From contig OY820591.1 of assembly GCA_963555985.3 (NCBI GenBank), positions 160,001 through 224,000 of the forward strand: a DNA stretch of 64,000 bases. The letters run 5' to 3'. The translations under genes were made by a program, and so were the position numbers. Source of the DNA: Dehalococcoidia bacterium. GTDB lineage: Bacteria; Chloroflexota; Dehalococcoidia; Bin125. Of the stretch, positions 29,665 through 39,407 are shown in pieces. The notes under the pieces are model-generated. The model saw nothing but the letters and a program-made list of their open reading frames with translations, made no database searches and had not been told where the DNA came from. Position 1 is the stretch's first letter; the number at the start of each line of letters is the position of its first letter.

Positions 29665-30489
29665 TCAGACCTCAATCGCCAGACCGTCCGCCGCGATCAC
29701 GATTGGCCCCTCAAACGCACTCCGCGCGTCGGCCAGCAGCTCGTCTTCGCGCTCGGTCGCCAGCAGATGCGTGAGCACGAGCAACTTCACCCCCGCCTGC
29801 TGCGCGATCCGGCCGGCGTCGACAGCGCTCGAGTGCGTAGCCCGCATCCCCGAGAACAGACCCTCGCGCGCCGACTGAGGCATCGGCGCGGCCAGCCGCT
29901 CCAGCCCGGCTTCGGTAAACGCCTCGTGCACGAGCAGGTCGGCCCCGTCCGCAAGCGGCACCATCGCCTCCGGCGCATAAGTCGTGTCGCCCGAGTAGAC
30001 CAGCGCTCGCCCATCCACCTCAAAGCGCCGCGCCAGACACTCCAGGTACGGCGCATGAGGCACCTCCACCGACCGCACCCGCATCCCCCGAATCTCTCGC
30101 TCGTCCCCCGCTCGGGTCAGCTCCACCGAGACCCCATCGAGCCACTCGTGCATCGAGGATCGAATCACATTCACCCTCGCAAACCCAACCGCCGCCGCGA
30201 TGTACGAATCCGTGTCCCGAGGCCCGTACACCGTCACCGGAGGCCCCGTCCGCCCCAACAGCCGGGAGAACAGGTCCACCACCCCCATCGCATGGTCGAA
30301 GTGCAGATGCGAGAAGACCACATCCGTCACCAGATCGGGATCCAACTGGGCCCCCGTCATCCGCTCCAGAAACCCCGGCCCGGAGTCGAGCAGCAAGTTC
30401 CGCCCGCGATGAGTCAGATGAATCGAGGCGTTACCCCGGTCGGGCCCAATCGATCCCCCAGCCCCGGTCCCGCAAAACGTGATCAGCAT
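29665..30489 (-). CDS. MBL-fold hydrolase (RNase Z-like)
   Basis: SHLHFDH, YSGDT, HEA, THS, LTHL. Confidence 0.88.
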   Translation of the reverse strand: MLITFCGTGAGGSIGPDRGNASIHLTHRGRNLLLDSGPGFLERMTGAQLDPDLVTDVVFSHLHFDHAMGVVDLFSRLLGRTGPPVTVYGPRDTDSYIAAAVGFARVNVIRSSMHEWLDGVSVELTRAGDEREIRGMRVRSVEVPHAPYLECLARRFEVDGRALVYSGDTTYAPEAMVPLADGADLLVHEAFTEAGLERLAAPMPQSAREGLFSGMRATHSSAVDAGRIAQQAGVKLLVLTHLLATEREDELLADARSAFEGPIVIAADGLAIEV

Positions 30490-30606
30490 GATTCAAGCCT
30501 TCCCTCGCTGGGCTTAGAGTAGTCTCCTACATAAATAGAACCCTCGTGCGCCAGACGTGTATGATCACGCTGCGGCGACGGCGCGTTGGAGCCTGCACTT
30601 GGTGGA

Positions 30607-31767
30607 ATGATGGCGCAGTTCGCAGAATTCTTCGCCGGCATCGGCCTCGTCCGCGAGGCAATCGAGCCGCTCGGCTGGGACTGCGCCTTCGCCAACGACA
30701 TCGCCGAGGACAAGGCTGAGATGTACCGCGAGCGCTTCGGCGGCGAGCATCTGGTCGTGGACGACATCAGCAATCTCACCCTGGACGACCTACCCGACCA
30801 TCTCGACCTGCTGACCGCCTCTTTCCCTTGCATTGATCTCTCCCTGGCGGGAAATCGGCGTGGTCTGGCCGGTGAGCATTCCGGTACCGTCTGGCCGTTC
30901 CTCGACCTGACGACGGCGCTCGCCCGCGAACGAACCGCGCCCAGCGCGGTGCTGCTCGAAAATGTCACCGGCTTCGTCACCTCTCACGGCGGACAGGATC
31001 TCGCGGCGGTCTGCGAGCGACTGGGCGAGCTCGGATACCTGCTCGACCTGCTCGTCGTCGACGCCAAGTGGTTTGTGCCTCAAAGCCGCCCGCGACTCTT
31101 TGTCGTCGCGCTCCAACGCGGCATCGCCGGGGACGAGTTCCCTCCAACGGACGAAGTCACCCGACTGCGAAACGTCGCGATTCGTCGATTCCAGGATGCC
31201 CATCGCAATCTGCCGTTCGTCGAGTTTCCCTTGCCCGAGCCGCCTCAGAGATCAACCACGCGGCTGATCGACATCCTCGACGATGTTCCCGCCAATCACG
31301 GCTCGTGGTGGTCCACCGAGCAGGTGAACGCGCTCGCCATGCACGAGCGTCATGCAGCGCGGGTACAAGAACTGCTGCAAGGCCAACGCGACGGCGTGGC
31401 CACCATGTACCGGCGAGTGCGCAACGGTCGCACCGTCGGCGAAGTCCGCAGCGACCGCATCGCCGGCTGTCTGCGCACGGCAGTCGGCGGCAGCAGCGTG
31501 CAATTCCTCGTGGACTGTCGATCCGGCAGGCCGCGCGTCCGGCCCCTAACCGGTCGGGAGTACGCCCGTCTCCAGGGAGCCGGCGAATTCCCCATCAATG
31601 TGGGTCGGCGGCAAGCTCAGAACGGTTTCGGCGATGCCGTTTGCGTCCCTGCCCTGCGCTGGCTCGTGGATCACGCCTTCAGCTCGCTCGTGGGCGAAAC
31701 TCCCCAGCCCGCCGGCGTCCAGTCGCGTTTCGCCGAACGCCCCGCCGCCTACGCAGCGGGAAGTTAG
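30607..31767 (+). CDS. DNA (cytosine-5) methyltransferase
   Basis: FAGIG (I), SFPC (IV), ENV (VI), QSRPR (VIII), REYARLQG (IX), GDAV (X). Confidence 0.93.
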   Translation: MMAQFAEFFAGIGLVREAIEPLGWDCAFANDIAEDKAEMYRERFGGEHLVVDDISNLTLDDLPDHLDLLTASFPCIDLSLAGNRRGLAGEHSGTVWPFLDLTTALARERTAPSAVLLENVTGFVTSHGGQDLAAVCERLGELGYLLDLLVVDAKWFVPQSRPRLFVVALQRGIAGDEFPPTDEVTRLRNVAIRRFQDAHRNLPFVEFPLPEPPQRSTTRLIDILDDVPANHGSWWSTEQVNALAMHERHAARVQELLQGQRDGVATMYRRVRNGRTVGEVRSDRIAGCLRTAVGGSSVQFLVDCRSGRPRVRPLTGREYARLQGAGEFPINVGRRQAQNGFGDAVCVPALRWLVDHAFSSLVGETPQPAGVQSRFAERPAAYAAGS

Positions 31768-31773
31768 AGCGCC

Positions 31774-32241
31774 ATGACCGCCGTGCGCCGCGATCCCCTG
31801 TCGCCCGAACAGCGCTCCGAAACCATGCGCCGCATTCGCCGTAAGGACACCAAGCCCGAACTCGCGCTGCGCAAGGAGCTCTTTCGTCGCGGCTTCCGCT
31901 ACCGGATTGACTACCCGAACGCGCCCGGACGCCCCGATATCGCCATGGTCGGACGCAAGCTCGCCATCTTCGTCGACGGCGAATTCTGGCACGGCAAGAA
32001 ACACACCGCCGAACGCTACGCCGAAATGACCGGGTACTGGCGAACCAAGATCGCGCGCAACATGGAACGAGATCGCCGCGTCAACGGCGAACTGCGAGCC
32101 CTCGGTTGGACAGTGATCCGCGTCACCGATCGCGCCGTGAATGGAGACGTATCCGCCATCGCCGACTTCGTGGAAAGCGCCGCTAGAGGGCGGTTCGACA
32201 CCTACCCGCCGCCCGGCATTGAGTTCTACCGGGCGTTGTGA
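31774..32241 (+). CDS. vsr: very short patch repair endonuclease
   Basis: RSETMRRIRRKDTKPE, GRPDI, FVDGEFWHG, YWRTKIARNMERD. Confidence 0.93.
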   Translation: MTAVRRDPLSPEQRSETMRRIRRKDTKPELALRKELFRRGFRYRIDYPNAPGRPDIAMVGRKLAIFVDGEFWHGKKHTAERYAEMTGYWRTKIARNMERDRRVNGELRALGWTVIRVTDRAVNGDVSAIADFVESAARGRFDTYPPPGIEFYRAL

Positions 32242-32420
32242 TGGATGTCTCCCTGGACGTTGAAGCCGCGATCGTCTACTTCGACGCCTTCATGTACGGC
32301 CCGCTGCTGAGCCGCTCCCATCCCACCGCAATCCTGATACCATCAGTACGTATGCGCTCAATAGCTCAGGAGCCGACTGTCATACCCCCAGCCAGCCCAC
32401 CAACCGGCTCATGCCCCGGC

Positions 32421-32670
32421 GCGATGTCCGACCACATCCGCCGCCTTCCGACATCACCCGAACGGCCCCGTCCAAATCCGCCCACAATCGTCCACAATCG
32501 TCCAAAACCGAACAAAGCCGACCAAAGAAACCTGAAAAAAGCTGAAAGAATCTGAACGCCTGAACGCGCGATCTCCAGTGTTTTACGGGAGATCGTGTGT
32601 TTCCCACCCTAGAAAAAAATTTTCGCTGAACACCTGAAACCGGCCAACACTCGTCCACAACCCGAACGGA
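32421..32670 (+). repeat. array of degenerate 10-bp phased repeats plus CTGAA element
   Basis: ten consecutive decamers 32421-32520 all end in CG (eight in CCG); CTGAA at 32532, 32542, 32552. Confidence 0.7.
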
Positions 32671-32692
32671 GCGCACAACCTAGACTCACTCT

Positions 32693-32758
32693 ATGCCGCC
32701 CCTCACCGGACTCCGCGTTCTCGAACGCGGCCTGTTCTGGCAGCAGCCCGTCTTCGGC
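32693..32758 (+). pseudogene. remnant 5' end of a CoA-transferase gene
   Basis: MPPLTGLRVLERGLFW vs MPPLTGLRVLDHGHVW at 33494; 39/48 nt identical. Confidence 0.65.
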
Positions 32759-32797
32759 GACTACCGTCCTGACGACAATCCGATTCGGAGCCTCCGA

Positions 32798-33484
32798 ATG
32801 ACCACCACCCTCAGCCCGCCTGCCGACGCCTCCGCCCAGACCGCGCCCCAACACTGGGGACTGCTCGCTCTGCGACTGCCCGACGACTGGGTGCTCACCG
32901 ACGAGTGCCTCGAACAACTCTGCCAACTCAACCCCGAATGGCGGCTCGAACGCGGACACTTCGGCGAACTGGTGGTGAATATGGGTTCCGGCGGTCCAAG
33001 CTTCATGATTACCGCAGAAATCCTCGCCGCCGTCTTCGCCTGGGCAAAGACGGTCGGCGCATACGCCTTTGGCGCTGACGCCAGCTTCAACGTGATCGAC
33101 CCGCGCGGCGGCGAACCCATGCGCAATCCCGACATCTCCTGGGTCAGCCCCGAACAAATGGATTCGATGGGCGGCTTCCCGCCCCTGCGCGGTTTCTGGC
33201 CCATCTGCCCCGCCTTCGTCGTCGAAGTCCGCTCCCCGGGCGACAGCCTCCGCAATCAACAGGGACGCATGACCGACTGGCTCCGCTTCGGCGCGCAACT
33301 CGGTTGGCTGGTCGATCCCCACAATCGCGATGTCTGGATCTACCGTCCGGATCAAGATCCAGAGCAATTGCGCCGACCGACCGTCCTCGCAGGCGAAGCG
33401 CCGATCGACAGCTTCAGCATGGACTTCACCCCGATCTGGGAGCTGATGGACGGCGCAGAAGCAGCCGCAGCCGACGCCGAATAA
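32798..33484 (+). CDS. Uma2 family endonuclease
   Basis: RNPDISW, PAFVVEVRSPGD, GAQLGWLVDP. Confidence 0.9.
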   Translation: MTTTLSPPADASAQTAPQHWGLLALRLPDDWVLTDECLEQLCQLNPEWRLERGHFGELVVNMGSGGPSFMITAEILAAVFAWAKTVGAYAFGADASFNVIDPRGGEPMRNPDISWVSPEQMDSMGGFPPLRGFWPICPAFVVEVRSPGDSLRNQQGRMTDWLRFGAQLGWLVDPHNRDVWIYRPDQDPEQLRRPTVLAGEAPIDSFSMDFTPIWELMDGAEAAAADAE

Positions 33485-33493
33485 CATGCCCCC

Positions 33494-34744
33494 ATGCCCC
33501 CACTCACCGGACTCCGAGTGCTCGACCACGGCCACGTCTGGGCCGGACCGCTGCTCGGCATGTTCCTCGCCGACCTCGGCGCCGAGGTGATCAAAGTCGG
33601 CGCGCCCCACCGGCTCTCCGGCATCTCGATCGGCGGACAGCGCGCGCCCGTCGGCTCAATCGGCGGCGACCGCGGCTCCACTCCCGCCGACGATCCCCGC
33701 GCCTTCCACGGACTCGACCGCGGCAAGATGTCGATCGCCATCCACCTCGGAGACCCGCGCGGCAAGGAGCTCTACCTGCGCCTGGTCGAGCAGTCCGACA
33801 TCGTGCTCGAAAACTTCTCCCCCCGTGTGATGCCCTCCCTGGGTCTGGGCTGGGAGCAGCTGCGCGAGGTCAACCCGCGCCTGATCATGATCGCCCTCTC
33901 CGCCGCCGGCGCGACCGACGGCCCCTGGCGCAACCTGGTCACCTACGGACCCTCACTGGCCGCCCTCTACGGACTCAAATCCTTGCTTGGCTACCCCGAC
34001 CACCCCCAGCCGCGCGAAGACACCGCCGACCTCGACCCGACCGCCGCCGGACACGCCTTCGTCGCTGTCTTAGCCGCGCTCGAATACCGCGAACGCACCG
34101 GCGAGGGTCAGTTCATCGACCTCGCCCAGGGTGAAGCCACCCTCCAACGCGCCGCTGCGCCGCTCATGGACTGGCTGCTCAACCGCCGCAACCCAGGACC
34201 GCAGGGCAACCGCTCCCACACGCTCGCGCCGCACGGCGTCTACCCCGCCGCCGGCGACGACCAGTGGCTCTCCGTCGTCGTCCGCTCCGACGTAGAGTGG
34301 CGCGCCCTCTGCGCCGAAGCCGCAGCCGACGGCTACACCCTCGACAAACCGGAGTGGTCGCGCGGACTCGCGCGAAGCCAAGATCAAGACGCCCTCGACG
34401 CCGCCCTCAGCGAATGGACCCGCCAACACGACGCCATGGAACTCACGATCCGCCTCCAAGCCGCAGGCGTCCCCGCTTTCCCCATGATGGATCCCACATC
34501 GCTCCTGATCGACGACGACTACGCCACACTCTCCGCCGCCGCAATCGACCTCTCCGCAGACATGGCCGAGCCGGTACGCGGAGGAGCCCTCTACACCGGA
34601 GCACCCTGGAAACTCGCCAGAACCCCCGCCGCCATCACCGCACCAGTCTCAAACCGAGGCGAACACGACGAACACATCTACACCAACCTCCTCGGCCTCA
34701 GCCAAGCCAAGCGCGAAGAACTGCGGGCGGACGGTGTGATCTAG
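33494..34744 (+). CDS. CoA-transferase family III (CaiB/BaiF)
   Basis: LTGLRVLD, LADLGAEVIKV, DIVLENF, ADLD, RERTGEGQFID. Confidence 0.92.
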   Translation: MPPLTGLRVLDHGHVWAGPLLGMFLADLGAEVIKVGAPHRLSGISIGGQRAPVGSIGGDRGSTPADDPRAFHGLDRGKMSIAIHLGDPRGKELYLRLVEQSDIVLENFSPRVMPSLGLGWEQLREVNPRLIMIALSAAGATDGPWRNLVTYGPSLAALYGLKSLLGYPDHPQPREDTADLDPTAAGHAFVAVLAALEYRERTGEGQFIDLAQGEATLQRAAAPLMDWLLNRRNPGPQGNRSHTLAPHGVYPAAGDDQWLSVVVRSDVEWRALCAEAAADGYTLDKPEWSRGLARSQDQDALDAALSEWTRQHDAMELTIRLQAAGVPAFPMMDPTSLLIDDDYATLSAAAIDLSADMAEPVRGGALYTGAPWKLARTPAAITAPVSNRGEHDEHIYTNLLGLSQAKREELRADGVI

Positions 34745-34875
34745 GTCCTGGTTCGGCTCAATTCCAGAGCGCCAACGTCCCCGGCGCGCCGGGGCAGAGC
34801 GCCTGCGACCTCGCCGCCCGTCAGGTTCGGGCGCACCATCCCCTGCGGTAGAATATTCGGCCATAGGGTCTGTCC

Positions 34876-36336
34876 ATGAACAACGAGCTCCTGCAAGACT
34901 ATGTTGCCAGCGGCTTGTCGGACGATGAAATGTTCGACGAATCCGGAGCGCTCCGGCATGACTACCGTGAGCTCGGCGAGATCCTGCAAGGCTGGTCGCT
35001 GGAGGAGCACCTGCAACGCGAAGATCGCGCCGACCTCGCGCTGTTGAGCGCGGGCATCACGTTCAATGTCTATTCGGATGAAGAAGGCACAGAGCGAATC
35101 TTCCCGTTCTCCTTGATCCCGCGAATCATCGGAGCGCAGGAGTGGACCGACGTCGAATCCGGGCTGAAGCAGCGTCTCCAAGCGCTCAACCTGTTCCTCT
35201 CCGACGTCTACGGGGCGCAACGGATCATCAAAGAACGAATCATCCCGGAAGCGATCGTCCTCGGCGCTCCCGGCTACAAACCTGAGATGCAGGGCTTCCG
35301 GCCGCCGTTGGGCGTCTACGCGCACATCGCCGGTTGCGATCTGCTCCGCGATGAGCAGCGCGGGTTTGTCGTGCTGGAGGACAACCTCAGAACGCCTTCC
35401 GGCGTCTCTTACGTGCTGGAGAACCGAACCGTGATGCTGCGCGTCGTACCCGATCTCCTGCCTCGTTGGGGCGTGCGCGCCGTCACTGATTATCCAAACC
35501 AGCTGCTGGCCACCCTGCTTTCGGTTCGACCGGCGGACAGCGGCGATCCGCCGCGCGCGGTGCTGCTCACTCCGGGCGTCTACAACTCCGCCTACTTCGA
35601 GCATTCCTTCCTCAGTAACCAGATGGGCATTCCGCTCGTTGAGGGTTCCGACCTGATCGTGGGAGACGACGACTTCGTTTATCTGCGCTCGACCACCGGC
35701 CTGGAGCGTGTCGACGTGATTTACCGTCGGATCGACGACGATTTCCTCGATCCGGAGGTCTATCGAGCAGACTCGCTGTTGGGCGTGCCGGGACTGATGC
35801 GCGCCTACCTCAACGGTCACGTGACTCTGGTCAACGCGCCCGGCGCGGGCGTCGCCGACGACAAAGTCGTCTATCGCTGGGTGCCGGAGATCATCCGCTT
35901 CTATCTGGACGAAGATCCCATTCTCCCGAACGTCGAAACGTACTCGCCGTTGGTGCCGGCCGAACTGGACCACATTCGCGCCCATGCGCGAGAACTCGTG
36001 CTCAAGCCGGCCAACGCCTCCGGCGGCTACGGAGTGCTGATCGGCGAGCAAGCGTCGAGCGCTGAACTGGAGGCGACGCTGGCCCAGGTCGAGGCGGAGC
36101 CGCGCAACTGGATCGCGCAGCCGCTGGTCCGGTTCAGCACGATTCCCACCTTCGACGACGATCGCCTCAAACCGCGCCGCGCCGACCTGCGTCCCTTCAT
36201 CCTCTCGGGTCAGGAAACCTGGGTAATCCCCGGCGGTCTGACCCGCGTGGCCTTGCGCGAGGGCTCGTACATCGTCAACTCCTCGCAAGGCGGCGGCAGC
36301 AAGGACACCTGGGTGCTGAACGAGGAGCCGTCCTGA
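34876..36336 (+). CDS. circularly permuted type 2 ATP-grasp protein
   Basis: EDNLRTPSGVSY, NSAYFEH, YRRIDDDFLDP, VNSSQGGGSKDTWV. Confidence 0.93.
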   Translation: MNNELLQDYVASGLSDDEMFDESGALRHDYRELGEILQGWSLEEHLQREDRADLALLSAGITFNVYSDEEGTERIFPFSLIPRIIGAQEWTDVESGLKQRLQALNLFLSDVYGAQRIIKERIIPEAIVLGAPGYKPEMQGFRPPLGVYAHIAGCDLLRDEQRGFVVLEDNLRTPSGVSYVLENRTVMLRVVPDLLPRWGVRAVTDYPNQLLATLLSVRPADSGDPPRAVLLTPGVYNSAYFEHSFLSNQMGIPLVEGSDLIVGDDDFVYLRSTTGLERVDVIYRRIDDDFLDPEVYRADSLLGVPGLMRAYLNGHVTLVNAPGAGVADDKVVYRWVPEIIRFYLDEDPILPNVETYSPLVPAELDHIRAHARELVLKPANASGGYGVLIGEQASSAELEATLAQVEAEPRNWIAQPLVRFSTIPTFDDDRLKPRRADLRPFILSGQETWVIPGGLTRVALREGSYIVNSSQGGGSKDTWVLNEEPS

Positions 36337-37313
36337 TGCTCAGCCGCGTGGCCGAGAACCTCTATTGGCTCGGACGCTACCTCGAGCGCGCCGAGAACAT
36401 CGCTCGCATGGCGCGGGTCGAGCATGAGGTGTCGCTCGAAAGCGGTCAGGAGATCTGGCACAGCCTGGTCAGCACGACCGCCTCCAATCAACTCTTCTGG
36501 GACACCCTGCGTGAGTCGCCCGATCTCACCCATTCCGAGTTCCTGATCTACTCGATGCAAAACCCGGCTTCGCTCCGCTCTACGCTCATCCGCGCCCGAG
36601 AGCTGGCGCGCGGACTACGGGAACACATCTCCCGCGAGGTCTGGGAAGAGATCAACGCGCTCTACCTGTTCCTGGCGCTGCGCAAGCAATACATCGCCAG
36701 CGACATCCACGAGTTCTGCACCGAGACCCAGCGCCGCACCCAGACGATCCTCGGGCTCTACGACAACACCGTGCTCAGGGACGAGGGCCGAGAGTGGTTC
36801 CGCTGCGGGATGTATCTGGAGCGGGCGGACATGACCAGCCGGATCATCGACGCCAAGTATCACATCCTGCTGCCGGGCGGCGACTCGATCGGCGGGCCCT
36901 TCGACCGCTTCCAGTGGATGGCGGTCTTGCGCTCCGCTTCGGCTCGCGAGGCTTACCGCCGGATGGGGAACAGCGAGGTCGACGGCGTCCAGGTCGCGCA
37001 GTTGTTGATCTTCTCCCAGGAGTTTCCGCGCAGTCTCGCCTTCTGCGTGCTGGCGCTTCAGCGTCACTGCCAATTGGCGACGGCGCAGACGCCCAAACGC
37101 CGGCGAGCGGCGGCTGAGCGAGGGATCGCGTTGTTGCATCTGGATGTCGGCGCGACGGATATCGAGGATGTGATCAGCGATGGTCTGCACGACTTCCTCG
37201 ACGGCTTCCAGCAGCGGCTGATCGAGATCGACCGCGCGATCACGGACGACATCTTCCGCGCGGAGCCCAACGCCGGCCAAGCTCAGCGCCAATCGAAGAT
37301 TGACCAGGGTTGA
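36336..37313 (+). CDS. alpha-E domain protein
   Basis: MLSRVAENLYWLGRYLERAEN, LERADMTSR, FPRS. Confidence 0.93.
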   Translation: MLSRVAENLYWLGRYLERAENIARMARVEHEVSLESGQEIWHSLVSTTASNQLFWDTLRESPDLTHSEFLIYSMQNPASLRSTLIRARELARGLREHISREVWEEINALYLFLALRKQYIASDIHEFCTETQRRTQTILGLYDNTVLRDEGREWFRCGMYLERADMTSRIIDAKYHILLPGGDSIGGPFDRFQWMAVLRSASAREAYRRMGNSEVDGVQVAQLLIFSQEFPRSLAFCVLALQRHCQLATAQTPKRRRAAAERGIALLHLDVGATDIEDVISDGLHDFLDGFQQRLIEIDRAITDDIFRAEPNAGQAQRQSKIDQG

Positions 37314-37314
37314 G

Positions 37315-38052
37315 ATGACCTTCTGCCTGGGCATCAAGTGCAAGGACGGCCTCATCGCGATCGCCGACACGCGGATCACCAGCGGTTCCGAGGTCTCGAC
37401 CGCCAAGAAGATCGCGGTACACCAGGGCGAACGGCAGGTCATGTTCGTGCTCACCAGCGGCCTGCGCTCGGTGCGCGACAAGACCCTCACCTACTTCGAG
37501 CAACGCTGGCGGCAGAACGGGAACCAGCTCTCCCGCTCCTACCAGGCGGTGAACGCCCTAGCCGAAGAGATGCGGCGGGTCTACGACGAGGACAACGACT
37601 GGCTGCTCAAGGCTGGACTGCATTTCGACCTCCACTGCATCGTGGGCAGCCAGTTGGCCGAGGACGAGGCTCCACAGCTCTATCTGCTCTATCCGCAGGG
37701 CAACTGGGTCGAAGTCTCTCGCGGCACGCCCTATCTGATCATCGGTGAGACCCGCTTCGGCAAGCCGATCCTCGATCGCGCGCTGCGCTACGACGCCTCA
37801 TTGGAGGAGGCGCTGCGGCTGGGAATCCTCTCATTCAATTCGACCGAGGCGAGCTCCGCAGACGTCGGCCCGCCGGTGGACGCCCTGGTCTATCCAGCTA
37901 GTTTGTTCGCCGTGCGCGAGCGCCGCTTCAGCGCCGAGCAACTGCAACCGGTCGCGCAATTCTGGCAGCGCGCGATCGAGAACGCGGTAGAGCAAGCGGA
38001 GGTTCCCGTCGCCTCGTTGGCGCAGGCGCTCGGCATCGACTCGGCGCGCTAA
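37315..38052 (+). CDS. Anbu-like proteasome-type Ntn peptidase
   Basis: MTFCLG N-terminal Thr, ADTRIT, YPQGNW, IGETRFGKPILDR. Confidence 0.88.
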   Translation: MTFCLGIKCKDGLIAIADTRITSGSEVSTAKKIAVHQGERQVMFVLTSGLRSVRDKTLTYFEQRWRQNGNQLSRSYQAVNALAEEMRRVYDEDNDWLLKAGLHFDLHCIVGSQLAEDEAPQLYLLYPQGNWVEVSRGTPYLIIGETRFGKPILDRALRYDASLEEALRLGILSFNSTEASSADVGPPVDALVYPASLFAVRERRFSAEQLQPVAQFWQRAIENAVEQAEVPVASLAQALGIDSAR

Positions 38053-38155
38053 GTGTGCGCTCAATACACCGAGCGCCGCCCTAACCCGTCTGCTTCCCCC
38101 ACGCCCGTTATCCTCGCTACGCCGACACCAACCACCACTAGACAGGACGCCAAAC

Positions 38156-38914
38156 ATGTGCCACCGCTACGAAGCTCTGCCCGCAATCACCCCCATCGCC
38201 GGCGCAGCCGTTGACGTCGAAGACCTCACCCTCACCGCCGCCGACGGAACCGAGTTTGCCGCCTTCCACGCCCGCGCCGAATCTCCCACCGGCCCCGGCA
38301 TGGTGATCCTGCCCGACGTGCGCGGACTCTTCCGTTTCTACGAAGAACTCGCCATCCGCTTCGCCGAGATCGGCGTCGACGCCGTCGCCATCGACTACTT
38401 CGGCCGCACCGCCGGCGTCTCCAAGCGCGACGCCGAGTTCGACTTCTGGCCGCACGTCCGCGCGACCACAGCGGAGGGCGTCAATGCCGACACCGCCGCC
38501 GCCGTCGCCGTGCTCCGCGCCAACGACCCCAACCGCGCTGTCTTCACCGTCGGCTTCTGCTTCGGCGGCAGCAACAGTTGGCTCCAGGCCGCCGCCGGAC
38601 ATGGCCTCGCCGGCGCGATCGGCTTCTACGGCCGCCCCACCGCCGAGGGATTGAACGGCGGACCTGCACCCGTCGCCAAAGTGCCCGAGATCGAGGGCGC
38701 GATCCTCGGTCTGATGGGCGGCGCGGACGAGAGCATCCCGGCCGACGCCGTCGCCGAGTGGGACGCTGCGCTCGAAGCGGGCGGCGTCAGCCGCGAGATC
38801 ATCACCTACGAAGGCGCGCCCCACAGCTTCTTCGACCGCAGCTACGACGAACACGTCGAAGCCTGCAACGACGCCTGGCAGCGCATCCAAGCCTTCATCG
38901 CCGCCAACAGCTAG
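38156..38914 (+). CDS. dienelactone hydrolase family protein
   Basis: GFCFGG nucleophile, D..I, GAPHSF. Confidence 0.9.
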   Translation: MCHRYEALPAITPIAGAAVDVEDLTLTAADGTEFAAFHARAESPTGPGMVILPDVRGLFRFYEELAIRFAEIGVDAVAIDYFGRTAGVSKRDAEFDFWPHVRATTAEGVNADTAAAVAVLRANDPNRAVFTVGFCFGGSNSWLQAAAGHGLAGAIGFYGRPTAEGLNGGPAPVAKVPEIEGAILGLMGGADESIPADAVAEWDAALEAGGVSREIITYEGAPHSFFDRSYDEHVEACNDAWQRIQAFIAANS

Positions 38915-38981
38915 ACGAACAGACCCGAACATATCCGAACAGCCCGAACAACGTTTGTCAGCCCCAGAAAGGACATCCTCC

Positions 38982-39368
38982 ATGCGCGTGACCAAATCCT
39001 CCGACGGCGACACCAACCAGGCCAACGCTCCCATCTTCACCGGCGGCGATGTCTGGGTGCGAGCCCTGGCCGGCTCGATCGGCGGCCAGAACGCCGCCGA
39101 CGACAACGACTTCAACCTCGCCGTTGTCCAGTTCGGCGCTGGCGCTCGCACCAAAATGCACACTCACACCAGCGAGCAAATCCTCTACGTCGTTGCCGGC
39201 ATCGGCAAAGTCGGCACCGCCGACGAAGAACACACCATCTCCGTCGGAGACTTCGCCATCATCCCCGCCGGCGAAGACCACTTCCACGGCGCCGCTGACA
39301 CCGGCTCGCCCATGTCCCACCTCGCCATCACCCGCCGCGACTCGATCACAGAAGTCACCGAGGACTAA
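38982..39368 (+). CDS. cupin domain protein
   Basis: HTHTSEQ..G, PAGEDHFHG. Confidence 0.88.
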   Translation: MRVTKSSDGDTNQANAPIFTGGDVWVRALAGSIGGQNAADDNDFNLAVVQFGAGARTKMHTHTSEQILYVVAGIGKVGTADEEHTISVGDFAIIPAGEDHFHGAADTGSPMSHLAITRRDSITEVTED

Positions 39369-39407
39369 AGGAACCGGTACCGTGATGACAGTGAGCGAGG
39401 TTTCGTC

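Noticed and set aside
32238-32555. 105-aa ORF after vsr as a restriction enzyme fragment
   Set aside because: No nuclease motif; its second half is the phased repeat array
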